This document shows positions 14,315-27,805 of a stretch of 124,000 nucleotides of DNA, piece by piece. Under the pieces are notes generated by a model, which saw only the letters and a list, made by a program, of their open reading frames with translations, was not told the DNA's origin and did not search any database. Origin of the DNA: Octopus vulgaris (lineage: Eukaryota); the NCBI GenBank assembly GCA_951406725.2, contig OX597817.1:117944001-118068000 (forward strand), given 5' to 3'. Position 1 is the first letter of the stretch. The number at the start of each line of letters is the position of its first letter. A program made the position numbers and the translations under genes.

Positions 14315-15159
14315 CGACGTAAGAATGACTAAGGGTGAATTTCCTGTCTAGAAAAGGATACTGTTAACATTTACGTCAGAATATAACATCCTGAATAAGA
14401 GGCAGCTCTAAGATGCAAACATTTTACAAGAAAAGCTTTTGATCATTTCCTCGATAACAAGGTACCCATTGAATTTCAATTTTTTTTAAATTTTCATATA
14501 TATGTCATATATTTTATTTTTCATATATTTTTAGTTTTCATACATTTGTTCTGTTTGGGATTTTACATTACTGCGTTTATTTTTGCTTTGTTAATTTTGT
14601 TCTGCTTTGACTTGCGATGATTTTGTGTAGGGTATATCTTTTCAGTTAGTATTTGTGTAATTTACTGTACTACCCTATTTAAGATTCATATCTTACTTTA
14701 CTATTACAGCTATACCAATGATACCTAATCCAATACTTTAGGATTACATGTAGACTTATTCTTACTTTACTTCACCTGTATTCATATATTTATTTATAAT
14801 CTTTGATTAAAATTTTATTTCTCTTCACTATTTTGTACTTATGAATTCCTGCTAATTAACTAGGTAGATGGGAATATTTCCGCTTTAAAATAATTAGCGA
14901 AACCATCGCTGCCTTTCCTTTGTATCTTTGCAAATACTAAACATGAGTTCCAACTACTATTCATTTTGTAACATTAGAAAAATAACTGAGTGACGATGGC
15001 TAGAAACATGCTGATCAACTATATCCTCTTTCTTCTTGTTCTTCCTCTTCTTTGGAAGTTGATTTCATTTAGTTCTGACAAAGATATCATTATGGAGGTG
15101 GCTCCCTACTTTGTCGATCTGTAAACGCACCTAAATGCATATACGTAACAGCTGCAAGC

Positions 15160-15194
<35 letters not shown>

Positions 15195-15217
15195 TTTCTC
15201 CTCGTAATAATAATAAT

Positions 15218-15291
<74 letters not shown>

Positions 15292-15301
15292 TAATAATAA
15301 C

Positions 15302-15338
<37 letters not shown>

Positions 15339-15384
15339 GTTATAACATATTTACGAGTATTTATTTTGAATAGTTACTAATTCG

Positions 15385-15735
15385 TATACTCTTTACTCTT
15401 TACTCTTTTACTTGTTTCAGTCATTTGACTGCGGCCATGCTCGAGCACCGCCTTTTGTCGAGCAAATCGACCCCAGAACTTATTATTCGTAAGTCTAGTA
15501 CTTATTCTATCGGTCTCTTTTGCTGAACCGCTAAGTTACATGGATGTAAACACACTAGCATAGGTTTGTCAAGCAAGCGGGACAAACACAGACACACAAA
15601 CATACACCAATATATGTATATAGGTGTATTTTACTATAGCCTCGGGCTGACCAAAGCCTTGTGAGTGGATTTAGTAGACAGAAACTGAAAGAAGACCCTC
15701 GTATATATGTATATATACGTATATATATATGTATA

Positions 15736-15775
<40 letters not shown>

Positions 15776-15796
15776 TGTATATATATATATATATGC

Positions 15797-15871
<75 letters not shown>

Positions 15872-16015
15872 TACATATATATATACGTATATATACATAT
15901 ATACGAGGGTCTTCTTTCAGTTTCCGTCTACTAAATCCACTCACAAGGCTTTGGTCAGCCCAAGGCTATAGCAAAAGACACCTACCCAAGTTGCCACGCA
16001 GTGGGACTGAACTCA
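15385..16015 (-). mobile_element. SINE family A copy with an extra inverted duplication of its middle segment
   Basis: Tail at 15385-15605 and middle at 15905-16015 are on minus; 15621-15700 is an inverted copy of 15905-15984 across the internal (TA)n. Confidence 0.8.
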
Positions 16016-16323
16016 GATAATATATGTATTATGCACTGAAGCGCGGGACTATTCAAGATGTAACGGATTACAACGAAACTAGACGAGCTTTTCATTTTAG
16101 GTGCAGCCTGACATACTGACGATAATTACGTCTCCAGCCAGAATTCGAAATCATGACCCAGGTATATCTGTTTCCTTAATTCTACGGCGATTTAGCTGAG
16201 AATATGTTAAATGCTACTCGTTTGCCCGATTTTTGTTGGTCCGTTACATATTTTCATTAAGATTAGTGGTTAAGATGGAGGATTTTACTTCTACTCTTTA
16301 GCAAGTTGGTCCTTCTTGTACCA

Positions 16324-16366
<43 letters not shown>

Positions 16367-16472
16367 GAGAGAGGGGGGGTTACAATTTAAAGGGAAAATC
16401 CCGGGGAATAATTTCAAGGTAGCTAAGTATCCGAGGATTTAAATCTGGGATAGTAAGTCTTATTTAGTAGAA

Positions 16473-16729
16473 AATTGAACAAGGAGACGAACTCTCAGGA
16501 TGTTGTTAAGGCATATATATATTGAATTCTTCTGCACATATTTCGAAGGATGAACTCCAAAATGCCTGACAGGATAAATTATGTTCAGCAATGCATCAAT
16601 CTCGTCAGGAAGGATAGAAATATCTTCAAACTCATCAAACAGCCATTTTGGAGTGCATATGTTTATCTTGAAGAATTCAAGATATAAATAGTTTAACAAC
16701 ATCCCGAGAGTTCGTCTCCTTGTTCAATT
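16473..16729. repeat. 37-bp inverted arms enclosing a degenerate hammerhead (PLE-type inverted tail)
   Basis: 16473-16509 is the reverse complement of 16693-16729. Between them, minus strand reads CTTC-CTGACGA-GATTGATG...CATCCTTC-GAAA-TATGT-GC-AGAAG. Confidence 0.55.
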
Positions 16730-17189
16730 CCCTTATACATATATACATAACTTCAATAATAAATATGAATGTCTGTGTGTCAATGTGTGACACTTCTTCA
16801 GCTTTACTCTTGGAGACCTTAGCCCAACATATCATACCATTTTGAAATCCGGTCGACTCTGTGAGTAAATTAATAACAGGGCCGAATCCGGACCCGCAAT
16901 CCTGTAATTTTTAATTCCCAAGTTTTCATTACTGCGATTGTTTTCGGCAATTCGTTTACCTGATTTTCTTCGACAAATGTTATTGTTCGATAATAAATTT
17001 TATAATATATATTTTGGACTCCGAAGTTTTCATTATTGCGATTGTTTCCGGCGATTTTTTACGTTTTGTTTTCGGCGATTTCTTTTTGCAATGAATTTTT
17101 TGTACGATAACAATTTTTATAACTTGGAAATAAATTATGGGAATAACCGAAATTAATTGCGAAATACAGCGATTATTTTCGGCTATTTA

Positions 17190-17680
17190 TTTTACGTGAC
17201 TTTTTGCGATGAATATGATCAGCATTGCGATATGACTCTGAAGGAGGCGATTCTCCAAATCACTTCAGAGATATATTTGTTGTAACGAATACCACCTGTG
17301 GACTTTCCAACCCAGTTATTCTCCAGGAAAAATATCAGGAGGCTCTCAGTGAGGATATTCATCATCAAATGATACTTGCTGATCCAGGATTAGAAATGAA
17401 TCTTTAGATTGCAAATTTAGCTCTCTGAAATTCAAGACAAAGTGAAAAACTACGTTCAAAGAGATCTCAGCAACTGTGGTGTGCCAAAAACAAACAGACA
17501 GACTGAACAAATCAACAGAGACATTGCGAGAGAAACGGGATACAACATGGAAGAACTGCAGCAATGTGTTTAAATCAATGGGCCCCTGTGGAACCAAGAC
17601 CAACATGAAGTCCTTGATGACATCAGCAACAACAGTGGAGGGATTTTCTTCTTGGGTGCATCTGGAGGTACTGGTAAAAT
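17190..17680 (+). pseudogene. Degraded Helitron Rep/helicase fragment
   Basis: NHFRDIF..TTCGLSNP..LQEKYQEALSEDI parallels ALRHLFAILLQKCQLSDPLSLWMKYRDDMSHDF of the 57-63 kb Helitron. SNNSGGIFFLGASGGTGK (~17625-17680) is a helicase Walker A. Confidence 0.8.
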
Positions 17681-18029
17681 GACCAAATACAACGCCTACC
17701 GACATTTTTTAAACAGCCTGGTTATATCATTAAGATTGAATTTGACTTGACAAGTGCGCAAAAGCTACATTCCCCACACTATATTCAGTAACAAATGAGA
17801 CAATGAAATATTGAAAATAATTCCACATTGAAGGAGTTCCAAAATTAGATGAACTAAAAGCAAGTTAAGAAAAAGCTAAACACACGGAAAAAAATTTCTT
17901 AGAATACAGCCTAAAGTAATTCTATTGAAAAAATCGAGGAAAAAGCACTTCATAGTAAATATCAAAATATTTTACATATCAGTGTTTAGCTTCCTCTGAT
18001 TTAAAATCAGAGAGTCTATCATAACAGCC

Positions 18030-18270
18030 ACGGATCAGTGCATGAAGCTATCACTTTTTGCGATGAATATGATCATCATTGCGATATGACTCTGAAAGAG
18101 GCAATTGCAACAAATTCTCCAAATCACTTCAGAGATATATTTGCTGTAACGATTACCACCTGTGGACTTTCCAACCCAGTTATTCTTCAGGAAAAATATC
18201 AGGAGGCTCTCAGTGAGGATATTCATCATCAAATGAGACTTGCTGATCCAGGATTAGAAATGAATCAATA
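18030..18270 (+). pseudogene. Second local copy of the Helitron fragment at 17190-17400
   Basis: Near-identical DNA (TTTTTGCGATGAATATGATCA...GGATTAGAAATGAATC). Confidence 0.8.
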
Positions 18271-18289
18271 TCATAAAGAAGAGCTGCAG

Positions 18290-18630
18290 ATCAATAAGCC
18301 GATTGCATAAAAAACAACCGGAAGCAATCGATCGCATTGTCTCCGGGTGTAACCTTCTTGCACCGTAATTTTATCCCAACACAACATGATAGAGCTGCAC
18401 AGTATCTGAACTAGGTAATTTGCAAGAACCTGACCTGTCCCGAAAACGATCATTTCTCACTCCTATGGAAATTTCCTTTTCAGAATAACATAATGATCGA
18501 TGCAAAAAGGGTATATATTATATCTTGAAGTGCAAATTTGCATAATGTGGGGGGTCAAGATTAGAACAATCGCCGTTGTTGTACGTGCTCTTGGGAAAAT
18601 AGCAAAAGTGGTTGACTATTACTTATCTCA
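18290..18630 (+). mobile_element. R4/Dong-like non-LTR retrotransposon fragment (zinc knuckle / REL endonuclease region)
   Basis: Frameshifted translation resembles C..C...PEAIDRIVSGCNLLAP...HDRAAQYL and WGVKIRTIAVVVRALG. Confidence 0.55.
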
Positions 18631-18834
18631 AATCGCTAGGAATCCAGAAATGGAAGAAGACAAGAAATAGTGCTCTTCCTGACCGAAAATCTTCCCATAA
18701 AAGCCCATACACATTTAAAACCATTCATTACTGAATCAATGATGTTAATAATAAAAATATAGCAACAACAATAACAGCATGAAGAAGAACAGTATGCAAC
18801 AACATTAAGCACAAAAATATTACTACTTCTACTG

Positions 18835-18936
<102 letters not shown>

Positions 18937-20029
18937 GTAATAATAATAATAATTATTATTATTATTATTATTATTATTATAACTACAACAACAACAACAA
19001 TAATAATAATAATAATAATAATAATATTCAACACTCGTTCAAAACACCATACAGGAATGAAGTCATACCGTAAATACCCAACAAAATGAACCATGTCCAC
19101 ATCATGTGCCACAGAATGCCTATACCCGACAGAACACAACTTACGCTGCATAAACGACACACAATACAAAATATGATAGATCAGAAGACTCAAACCATAC
19201 CCCATAATAAAATATATTGAAAATACAATATCCCCTCCAAAAAGAAAACAATGCAATACACACCACCCCACCAGTACTAAGGTGCAAAAAAATGATACAA
19301 TAGAAAGTTGCTTGTAGCGATGTCGAAAAATAGTAGTGGTGATGAGACACAGAAATTTCCGAAGAACTCTTGTAAAGTAAAGATGCAGACTGACCACAGC
19401 TGTTATCTAAATACAGCATCAGCACATAATGTATCAAGGTGGAGGAAGTGGATCAGTGAAGAAAACAGGATACGTAGAAAGTGAACCTACTATGAGGGGC
19501 TATAGAAAACAGAAGAAATTGGGTGACAGTATTACAGGTAGAAGATATCACAAGGAAATGGGAAAAGAAAGACCAGGCAATAGGAAAGACAAACAACAAT
19601 ACAAGTGATAGAGCTCAAGCCAAATGAAAACCTAAAGGCAAATATAATTATAGCGCAATCAATAAGGAAAGGATTTATGTGATTTAAGTGAGGAAAATCA
19701 GAAGATTTTTAGATGAGTTGCAGGAAGTAATGAGGAAGCGATTGGCAGCATTAAGAGGCACCAAAAGAAGGAAGCTGCTACAAAACACTAGGGAAGTAGA
19801 TTCTGTTTTCAGAATATTGGGGACACTATATTGTTGATCTGTAGGGGTTGTAGTCAATACAAGATTAGATATCACACAGGGAAAGATTAAAATTGAGGAA
19901 ATGTAGAAAAGGAGATTAGAAAATAAAGTGAAGACTTTAAAACTAGATCTGAATAGAATAGAAGCCTGGAAACGGAACAAGTTAGGAAACACAAGCTGCA
20001 AGTAGACAAGAGCGAAGGTTAGAGTTATA

Positions 20030-21200
20030 AATATCTATGAGTATTAGAATCTGACAGAGTTCTAACCATAGAAATGGAAGCAAAAATTGAGGGGTACATA
20101 AGAAGAGTGAGGAAGCTAATGAAGTGAAAAGCTAAATGGTCCGAATCTAGTAAAGGTTGTAAATATTTGAACAGTATCATTTCTTAGACACTCAGTAGCT
20201 TTTGTAGATTGGACAACAACTGAATTAGCAAAGCTAGACAGAGGAACTAAGAAGGAATTCAATACTAATATAGGACTGCACACAAGGGCATGAGACGCAC
20301 GATTTTACTTACCTAGAAAGGAAGATGGTAGAGGATTATTATCAGTAGAAGACTGCGTGGAATTAGCTAGAGTAGATATAAAGTCCTATATAATTAATAG
20401 TGAAGATAGTCTATTAAAATCTGCTAGAGTAAATACAGTAAGACATAGGAAAACCAAAAGCCCTAACGAAGTTAAAAAACAGAAAAAAGAACAGAAATTA
20501 TCTGACTGGCAGGAGAAGGCCTTGCATAGTAGAATCCCAAAGATACTTGCAGTAAATAGTAGTAGTAAGATATGGCTATGGTTGCAGAAAGGAAAGCTGA
20601 AAAGTAGTAGCTGCAAAAGATCAAGCATTAAGAACTGATTGGAACAAAGCCAAGACAGACAAAATCCAAGTAAATTCCCAATGTAGATCACGCAAATCAA
20701 AAGAGTAAAGTGTTACTCGTATAGTAAATAAATTTAGCATGCAGTGCACAGAAATAATCCAAGAAAATACATGACAACCTAGGAAGAGTAATCCACTGGG
20801 AGTTATGTAGAAAGCTAGGATTTGAGCTTACTAATAAATGGTATGAACATGAATCTAGTGAAGTACCATAAAGTAGGAAATACTTGATGTTGTGGGCTTT
20901 AACATTCAGACTGACTGAGTAATAGAAGCTAGAGGGCCTGTGTTAGTAGTAGTAAATAAAGAGAATAGAAAGTGCCAAGTAACTGACTTTACAGTCATAA
21001 ATTGGGAACTATCTCTAAATATCTGAACATATGGATAGAGAAAATTGGCATAAAACCTAGATTAATACAGCTCCAGAAAACAGTGTTATTAGGGACAACT
21101 ATGATACTTAGGATGGTTCTTCGCATCTAAGGTTACATGTTGTAGCCCGATGTAGCCCAATTCGTTGCTTTTATATGAAAATAACAACAACAACAACACC

Positions 21201-21239
<39 letters not shown>

Positions 21240-21240
21240 C
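20030..21240 (+). mobile_element. R4/Dong-like non-LTR retrotransposon 3' part ending in (AAC)n(AAT)n
   Basis: IRRVRKLMK*KLNGPNL..., YLPRKEDGRGLLSVEDCVELARVDIKSYIINSED, LQKTVLLGTTMILRMVL, followed by an AAT microsatellite. Confidence 0.75.
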
Positions 21241-22129
21241 TAATAACCTTATTCAGTAAATGTCACTGGAGTGGAAAGATCATAAAGAATAGTTATTATG
21301 AATGAAAAACAAAGACCCTGTGTTGTCTGCCGCGTTCTCCTCGATAAATTGATAATCTCCACTATTATATCGAATATTAATAGCACGCACACAGATATCA
21401 AATAAATAGAACCGATCCACTACTAAAGATTGCAGTTGCCAGAGAAATTGAAGACGGAAAACGAATAGTGTTTAATCGACAGATTGAACATCAGTTGACT
21501 GAAGAAGAAATTATAAGAGGAACTGGCTTATTGATATATGGATCAATTACATAAATCTTAGCATTTAAAGCCCACTAACTCTTGGATTTTGATAGCACTC
21601 AAATATATCAAAACTTCAAATGACATTGTTGGATTGTTACCTCTAAGTATGGGGAGAGAAAGAACCAAGAACTAACTAGAGGGGAACGCTTTTGAGTAAA
21701 TCAAATTGTGCTGGAGTATTTTGCTACGTTAGCATTATTTCTATACTTGCTATAGAACAGAGAAAAGTAGACTCTAGATATAGCCGTAGAAAATAACAGA
21801 AGATAGTCAACTGTTTACTAGTCATGCAGGTTTTAAAGTTATGTGGAAATATTATGAGGGAATTGGATATTCGTGACTATACTCTGAAAGTGTTGGAAAA
21901 TTACGTTAAAATAGAATTTAGAGTGTCTGTGAAATTAAGAGTATTGGGGACACTAATTTGTTGATCTGTAGGGATTGTAGTCAAAAGTGACGTAAAAACT
22001 CTTTAGAGTGGAGAAAAGATACGGGAGAATTGTAGAGAGTTTTGGTATACATTCATTATTCCATGAAGATGGAATAATGAATGAATAATTTAAGGAGGCA
22101 TTATTTGCGAACTGTAACGCGTGTACATT

Positions 22130-22265
22130 ATTTACATTATTTACAATTGACAGATATTTGTCCTCATCTTGTTTGTTGTTTCGGCTGATATACTCTCCAG
22201 CCTTCATCATGTGTCTTGGGGAAATTTTGAACCTGGGTTCTCATTCCTAAGGTATTTTTTCGATG
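22130..22265 (-). mobile_element. Hammerhead-containing body and tail of the 44489-44760 family (degraded)
   Basis: Minus strand reads GAATGAGAACCCAGGTTC...CCCAAGACAC-ATGATGA-AGGCTGGAGAGTATATCAGCC-GAAAC...GATGAGGACAAATATC. Confidence 0.75.
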
Positions 22266-22353
22266 TTGTTGTTGTTGTTGTTGTTATTATTATTGTTATT
22301 ATTATTATTATTATTGCTGTTGCTGTTGTAGTTATTATTATTATTATTATTAT

Positions 22354-22908
22354 TGAGTGAGAGAGCAGCGCATGCCATCAAAGTGACACTGGGGTAAAAT
22401 ATACGAAGCCCAATATACCCATCATGACTACCCGTCTGATAAAGGTACACCAGGCACATGCATCACAACCATATGTGCGCGACATGGTGATCTCATATCA
22501 AGATAAACAGCACATAACCTTGCAGGTGGGGCCCAGTTAGAATTTTCTTCAGGTTGAGTAGCCCATCCCGCTCAAAAGGTCCCTGAATAAGGGTTGTTTA
22601 AGGATGTTGAAAGAACCACCCATGTTTCCAGAGGTGAATTATTCAAACCCAAAAGAATCCCTCTCAACACATGGCTATGATGCTCCCCCACTACTTCTGC
22701 TCGTGATCAGAGATGCACATATCGTCAGCCACTAAGGGACATGCTCAACTGGTTAAAGTCAAACAACTGACAAGCAAATCTGTGGTATTGAGCAGAATAT
22801 TTGCTGTAGCCCATCTTTTATACCAAGACAAAACAATGTACATGATAACACTTCCAATCAGTTAAGATCAGAAGCCATGAGAGCCTCTGCCTGGTACTGC
22901 ATCAGGGC

Positions 22909-22909
<1 letters not shown>
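22354..22909. mobile_element. 556-bp non-coding element bounded by TG...CA and inserted in an (ATT)n tract (solo-LTR-like or unclassified)
   Basis: GC-richer unique block flanked by ATT repeats on both sides; TATAAAAG on the minus strand near 22820; no ORF of note. Confidence 0.55.
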
Positions 22910-22992
<83 letters not shown>

Positions 22993-23007
22993 CATTATTA
23001 TTATTGA

Positions 23008-23092
23008 GGTCAAGATGAGGACAAATATCCGTAAATTGTAAATAATGTAAATAATGTACATAATTCCTCATCTCTTAAATATTGAACTGTAG
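23008..23092 (+). repeat. Inverted tail copy of the 22130-22265 element
   Basis: CAAGATGAGGACAAATATCCGTAAATTGTAAATAATGTAAATAATGTACATAATTCCTCATCTCTTAAATATTGAAC is the opposite orientation of 22130-22175. Confidence 0.75.
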
Positions 23093-23699
23093 TAACAAGG
23101 ATATTAAATTCTGAATTCACCCCCAAAAACCTTTCCATCTTCCTATAAAATGTGTGAATAACAAAATAGAGCAAGGAAAACTTTGAGGTAGTAATTATAA
23201 GAACAAGGGAATTTCTGATTATCTGCATAGCCTTACCCTAGACAAATACTAAAATTTTAATTTTAGAAGGGAAGTTGGAGCGAGAGGATTGACAATTGTA
23301 TATAATTATAGAGAAGTGAAAGTTGAGAGTTTCATGAAGCAATTTATTAATAGAAACAGGGTGCTTATAATAGCAGAATTTTTAAGAGATGTAAGTTGAA
23401 AGATTGCAAAAAAAAAATGGTACATTCGAAGCAACGAAGTAAGAATACTACGAAAAACACGTAAAATACGAAGCAAAATATTTGCAATATTTTAATAGTT
23501 ATTAAAAATATTGAAGTGAGTCGAGCGCAGAGACCATTTCAATACTTCAAAAGGAGAATTTCAAAGAAGGAGACAGAGATATGATTCTAGGTGAACAGAA
23601 TAACACAGAACAAGACAGATCAGGAAGATTACAAACATAAAAAAGAATAACGTCTAGACTGAATGAAGAATGTGTAGTGAAAGAGAAGAGACGTTTGTA

Positions 23700-24300
23700 A
23701 GTAAACTCTTTGGGTATAAGCTGCTTGCTGAGAGAGCTTATATGAGCTGGAGATATGACGAAATTACTAATATGGATGAGTGAGTTACAAATATGAATTT
23801 GAAATCAAAGAAAAATATATAACTATAATGCAGAACATATCCGTGGATATGACTTTGTGATATAAAAGTTCAAACAAATCGGGAAACGGATCATTTACAC
23901 CCAGATATTGTCATATTCGATAAAGCGGAATAGTTTTCTTGCTTAATCAGTTCTCTTTATCCTTGTGGACATATAGTGGTGTATAAAATTGTGAGAAATC
24001 AAAAAGAAAACAACATTAAAAAAAAAATGAACTTCAGAGTCAGCAATTGCCGTGATGTTAAACCAACTGGAATAGGAGTTTTGAGGATCGTGGCAGAGGT
24101 TTAGATGATTTCTTGGATATATTGGATATCGAGATGAATTTCTTCATCTTGAAAAAAGAAGAAAAGAAAACACGATGCTTGACATAATAAAAACCATAAG
24201 AGCTAAAAAAATCTTTGGTTGTCGAATTCTGTTTATTCTGTATCAAGCCAATACCAGTAGAAGATCCAAGAAAAATCTAAGTGAAAGAAAAGACATAACA
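23700..24300 (+). mobile_element. Highly degraded R4/Dong-like fragments
   Basis: KVQTNRETDHLHPDIVIFDK resembles the REL-region motif DFKIQTD....RPDIV; ends in an AAC/AAT microsatellite. Confidence 0.4.
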
Positions 24301-24396
24301 ACAAGAGCAACAACAGCAACAGCAGCAACAACAACAACAATCATAATAATTACTGGCTGGATCCGTGAAAAGTTCATGGAAAATATAAAATATATA

Positions 24397-24560
24397 GGCG
24401 TAGGAGTGGCTGTGTGGTAAGTAGCTCGCTTACCGACCACATGGTTCAGGGTTCAGTCCCACTACATGGCATCTTGGGCAAGTGTCTTCTACTATAGCCT
24501 CGGGCCGACCAAAGCCTTGTGAGTGGATTTGGTAGATGGAAACTAAAGAAGACCATCGTA

Positions 24561-24593
<33 letters not shown>

Positions 24594-24803
24594 GCGTGAG
24601 TATGTGTTTGTGATTCTGTGTTTGTCCTTCCAACATGGCTTGTCAACCGATGCTGGTGTGTTTACGTCCCCGTAACTTAGCGGTTCGGCAAAAGAGACCG
24701 ATAGATTAGGCTTACAAAGAATAAGCTCTGAAGTCGATTTGCTCGACTAATGGTGGTGTTCCAGCATGGCCACAGTCAAATGACTGAAACAAGTAAAAGA
24801 GTA
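24397..24803 (+). mobile_element. Full-length tRNA-derived SINE family A
   Basis: Head GTAGGAGTGGCTGTGTGGTAAG...GGGTTCAGTCCC (A/B-box-like), core GGCATCTTGGGCAAGT, internal (TA)n, tail CCAGCATGGCCACAGTCAAATGACTGAAACAAGTAAAAGAG. Confidence 0.9.
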
Positions 24804-24857
24804 TCTGTAAATTGTGTGCTGGTGCCATGAGAAATATTTCTATATTGTGACAGTTAA

Positions 24858-25070
24858 AGGCGGCGAGCTGGCAGAATCCTTAGCAGGCCGGGCGGAATGC
24901 TTAGCGATATTTCGTCTTTTTTTACGTCCTGAGTTCAAATTCTGCCGAAGTCGACTTTGCCTTTCATCCTTTCGGAGGTCGATAAATTAAGTACCAGTTG
25001 CGTACTGTGGTAAAAGAAATCGACCGGCCCTATCCCCCTCAAGATTCCAGGATTTGTGCCTATAGTAAAA
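24858..25070 (+). mobile_element. tRNA-derived SINE family B
   Basis: GGCGGCGAGCTGGCAGAATC...GAGTTCAAATTC (B box)...GTCGACTTTGCCTTTCATCCTTTCGG. Confidence 0.85.
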
Positions 25071-26130
25071 AAGTATTTTGCGACGGAGCCACGACGAGGA
25101 GGTGGTGTAACATTGGCTCAAAATGAGAGGAAAGAATACATTGAGTTATAGTTTCTGATGTTCTGCCTATATTTCATTCCTTCAATGTCGGTATTCTCTA
25201 AAATTTGTTCTAATTGGGCAGTATTAGGCAGCATTTAAAAGATAATTCTGTGTTTCATCTTGCATATTTTCCCTTCCTCCTTGAACTCTGTTTTTCATAT
25301 CTTGAAGGCAATTCTGCCTGTCATCTTCGTCCATATATCTCGTTTCTTGAACTCTGTTTCTCTGTTCTAAGTATAACTGCCATTGCTCTTGATTCATTAA
25401 TAGTTTTAATTCTGTTTGGCTCTATGAATTTGATCTTTTTAATGCTTTCGTCCATTGCTTGGTATAACAAAAGTGAAAATGGAAAACTCCTGAACAAAAC
25501 AGAGAAATTGTAACTTAACAAAAAATATAGAAAGCGAACATAATAACACATATATCTGACAGTAATTCTTCCATATTTTCCTCTCATAGAACACTAAAGC
25601 CTCCTTTTCCTCATCAACAGAAGGATGTTAATTTCGTTCTTTTTCCTGTTTCCGATTAAATCATTTAGCAAACGACAGAATAATTCTTGATATATTTGCC
25701 CCACATGCATTTGTTCATATTTCTGTAAGAGTTAATCCATATTCAGAATCTGTGTTTCTCAAAGAAGGAAAATGAAACATCTTTATTGTATTGTACGGTA
25801 TTCATCTTTTAATTACATTTGTGACTATATTTGTTTCGTCTGTAATGTTTGCCTTTTAAAAACTCGCTGTATTTTACCTTTGGTTTGTCATATTATTTTA
25901 TATAGAAATTTAGTCAAATGTTTAGTCAAATGCATCACGCCACTACACACACACACACACACGCATACACTCACAGATACAATCGCATACACACTCACAC
26001 ATATACACACAAGCACACACAGATACACACGCATGCACCAAATGCGTATAAACACACATACTTGTATGTATCTATATATCCATTTATATATGTGTGTATA
26101 TATATATGTGTGTATATATATATATGTGTA

Positions 26131-26182
<52 letters not shown>

Positions 26183-27774
26183 TATGTATATATGTATATG
26201 TATATATTTACATATACACATATACATATATATACACACACACACATATATATGAATATACATACGCACGTGCGCTTACACACACTCACTCACACACACA
26301 CACACATATATGTATTAACGGAGTATAGGCGTAAAGCAGTGTTAAATATGAGCAGAATCTAGGTTAGCTGTATTATGTTTGCACATATTTCAAATGATAA
26401 AGGTAAATACACTGCAGTTAACCTTTGAGAAAAAATCTCTCTTCTGGTAAAAGGTGTGGAAACACATAATTCGTTCAGCTTGCCTTTGGCAGTTGAAATG
26501 TGTGACAAACATATATGCATGCATACTTATAACGCAGTCCTTTGAACCCATTCGAAATTAGTTTAATAAAGTATGACCTAATAGTGCCTTTTTGATGTAG
26601 TATTTTACCATGAGGCAATCTACGAATACATTTATTTTCTGTATATGGGGTTCCAATAGAAATCACTTAAAAATTTGATATATTACCCTAATATCTTACA
26701 TTATATACTTTGACTTATTTTTATATAATCAGAATTTTGTGATTCAGACAATAGTGTGTGTGTATCGAAATTATACATCACTCTAATTATATTTAAATAT
26801 ATGATGTGCTGCTCTGCTTCATAAATATTTTATTGGATAATTACATATTCAATAATTTTTTTTTTTAATATGATTCAATTTTATAGTTAAATGTCATAGT
26901 TAAATGGTTATACAGGAAAGGGGAATCCGCTTAGTTTATGGTGGGGAACTTTGTAACAATTTAACACAATATATAGTTAATAGGTGCAAAATAGTAAATA
27001 TACCCATAAATATAAAGAGACGTAAATGCTTTCCTGAACGACACATAAATCTCACATTTATCAGTTTCATAAAATTCTTGTGTGTGGAGGGTGCGTGTAA
27101 TTACGCGTGTGTGAGTACGTGTGTGTGACTGTACGTTTGTGACTTGTGTATAGAAAACATTTATCTGTATCATATGAGAGATCAGAATATTCATTATCAG
27201 TTTATCATTGCTTGATGTAATACATCCAACTGATGCAATTCAGATTCCTAGGTATGATCTCAGGTTATTATGCTATTGTTATTTGAGAACCCCCGTCGGA
27301 TGTTGAATGACATAACTTAGTTATGAATAAAATTTATTCTCTACTGAGATTATATTAACTGTGTAAGCAAAGTGACTGGTCAAGGGACTAATAAGTTTGC
27401 CTATACATTTGATATAATAAGTTGCTGATTGCATTAATGTACTTGATTACACTATATTCAACATGGCCAACATACATAGTATTTGCATGTATGTATGTAT
27501 TGAATGTATGTATGTGTGTGTATGTCTGTTTGCATATATGTTAACCATCCAAAGACAAGAGGGTATTTTAAATCCGTGAGCGTTCAGAACAAGGTTAACA
27601 TGCTATACTATTGATCATATTGCCTCTGTACAACAAACGAGCTACTATCAGACGATAAAAGAATTGAGGGTCTAATCCCCAGAGAGAACATGCGTGAGAT
27701 ATGCAATATGTATATATGTGCGCGTGCGCGCGTGTGTGTGTAGGTATATATATACGTATGGAAGGCCAGAGAAG

Positions 27775-27805
<31 letters not shown>

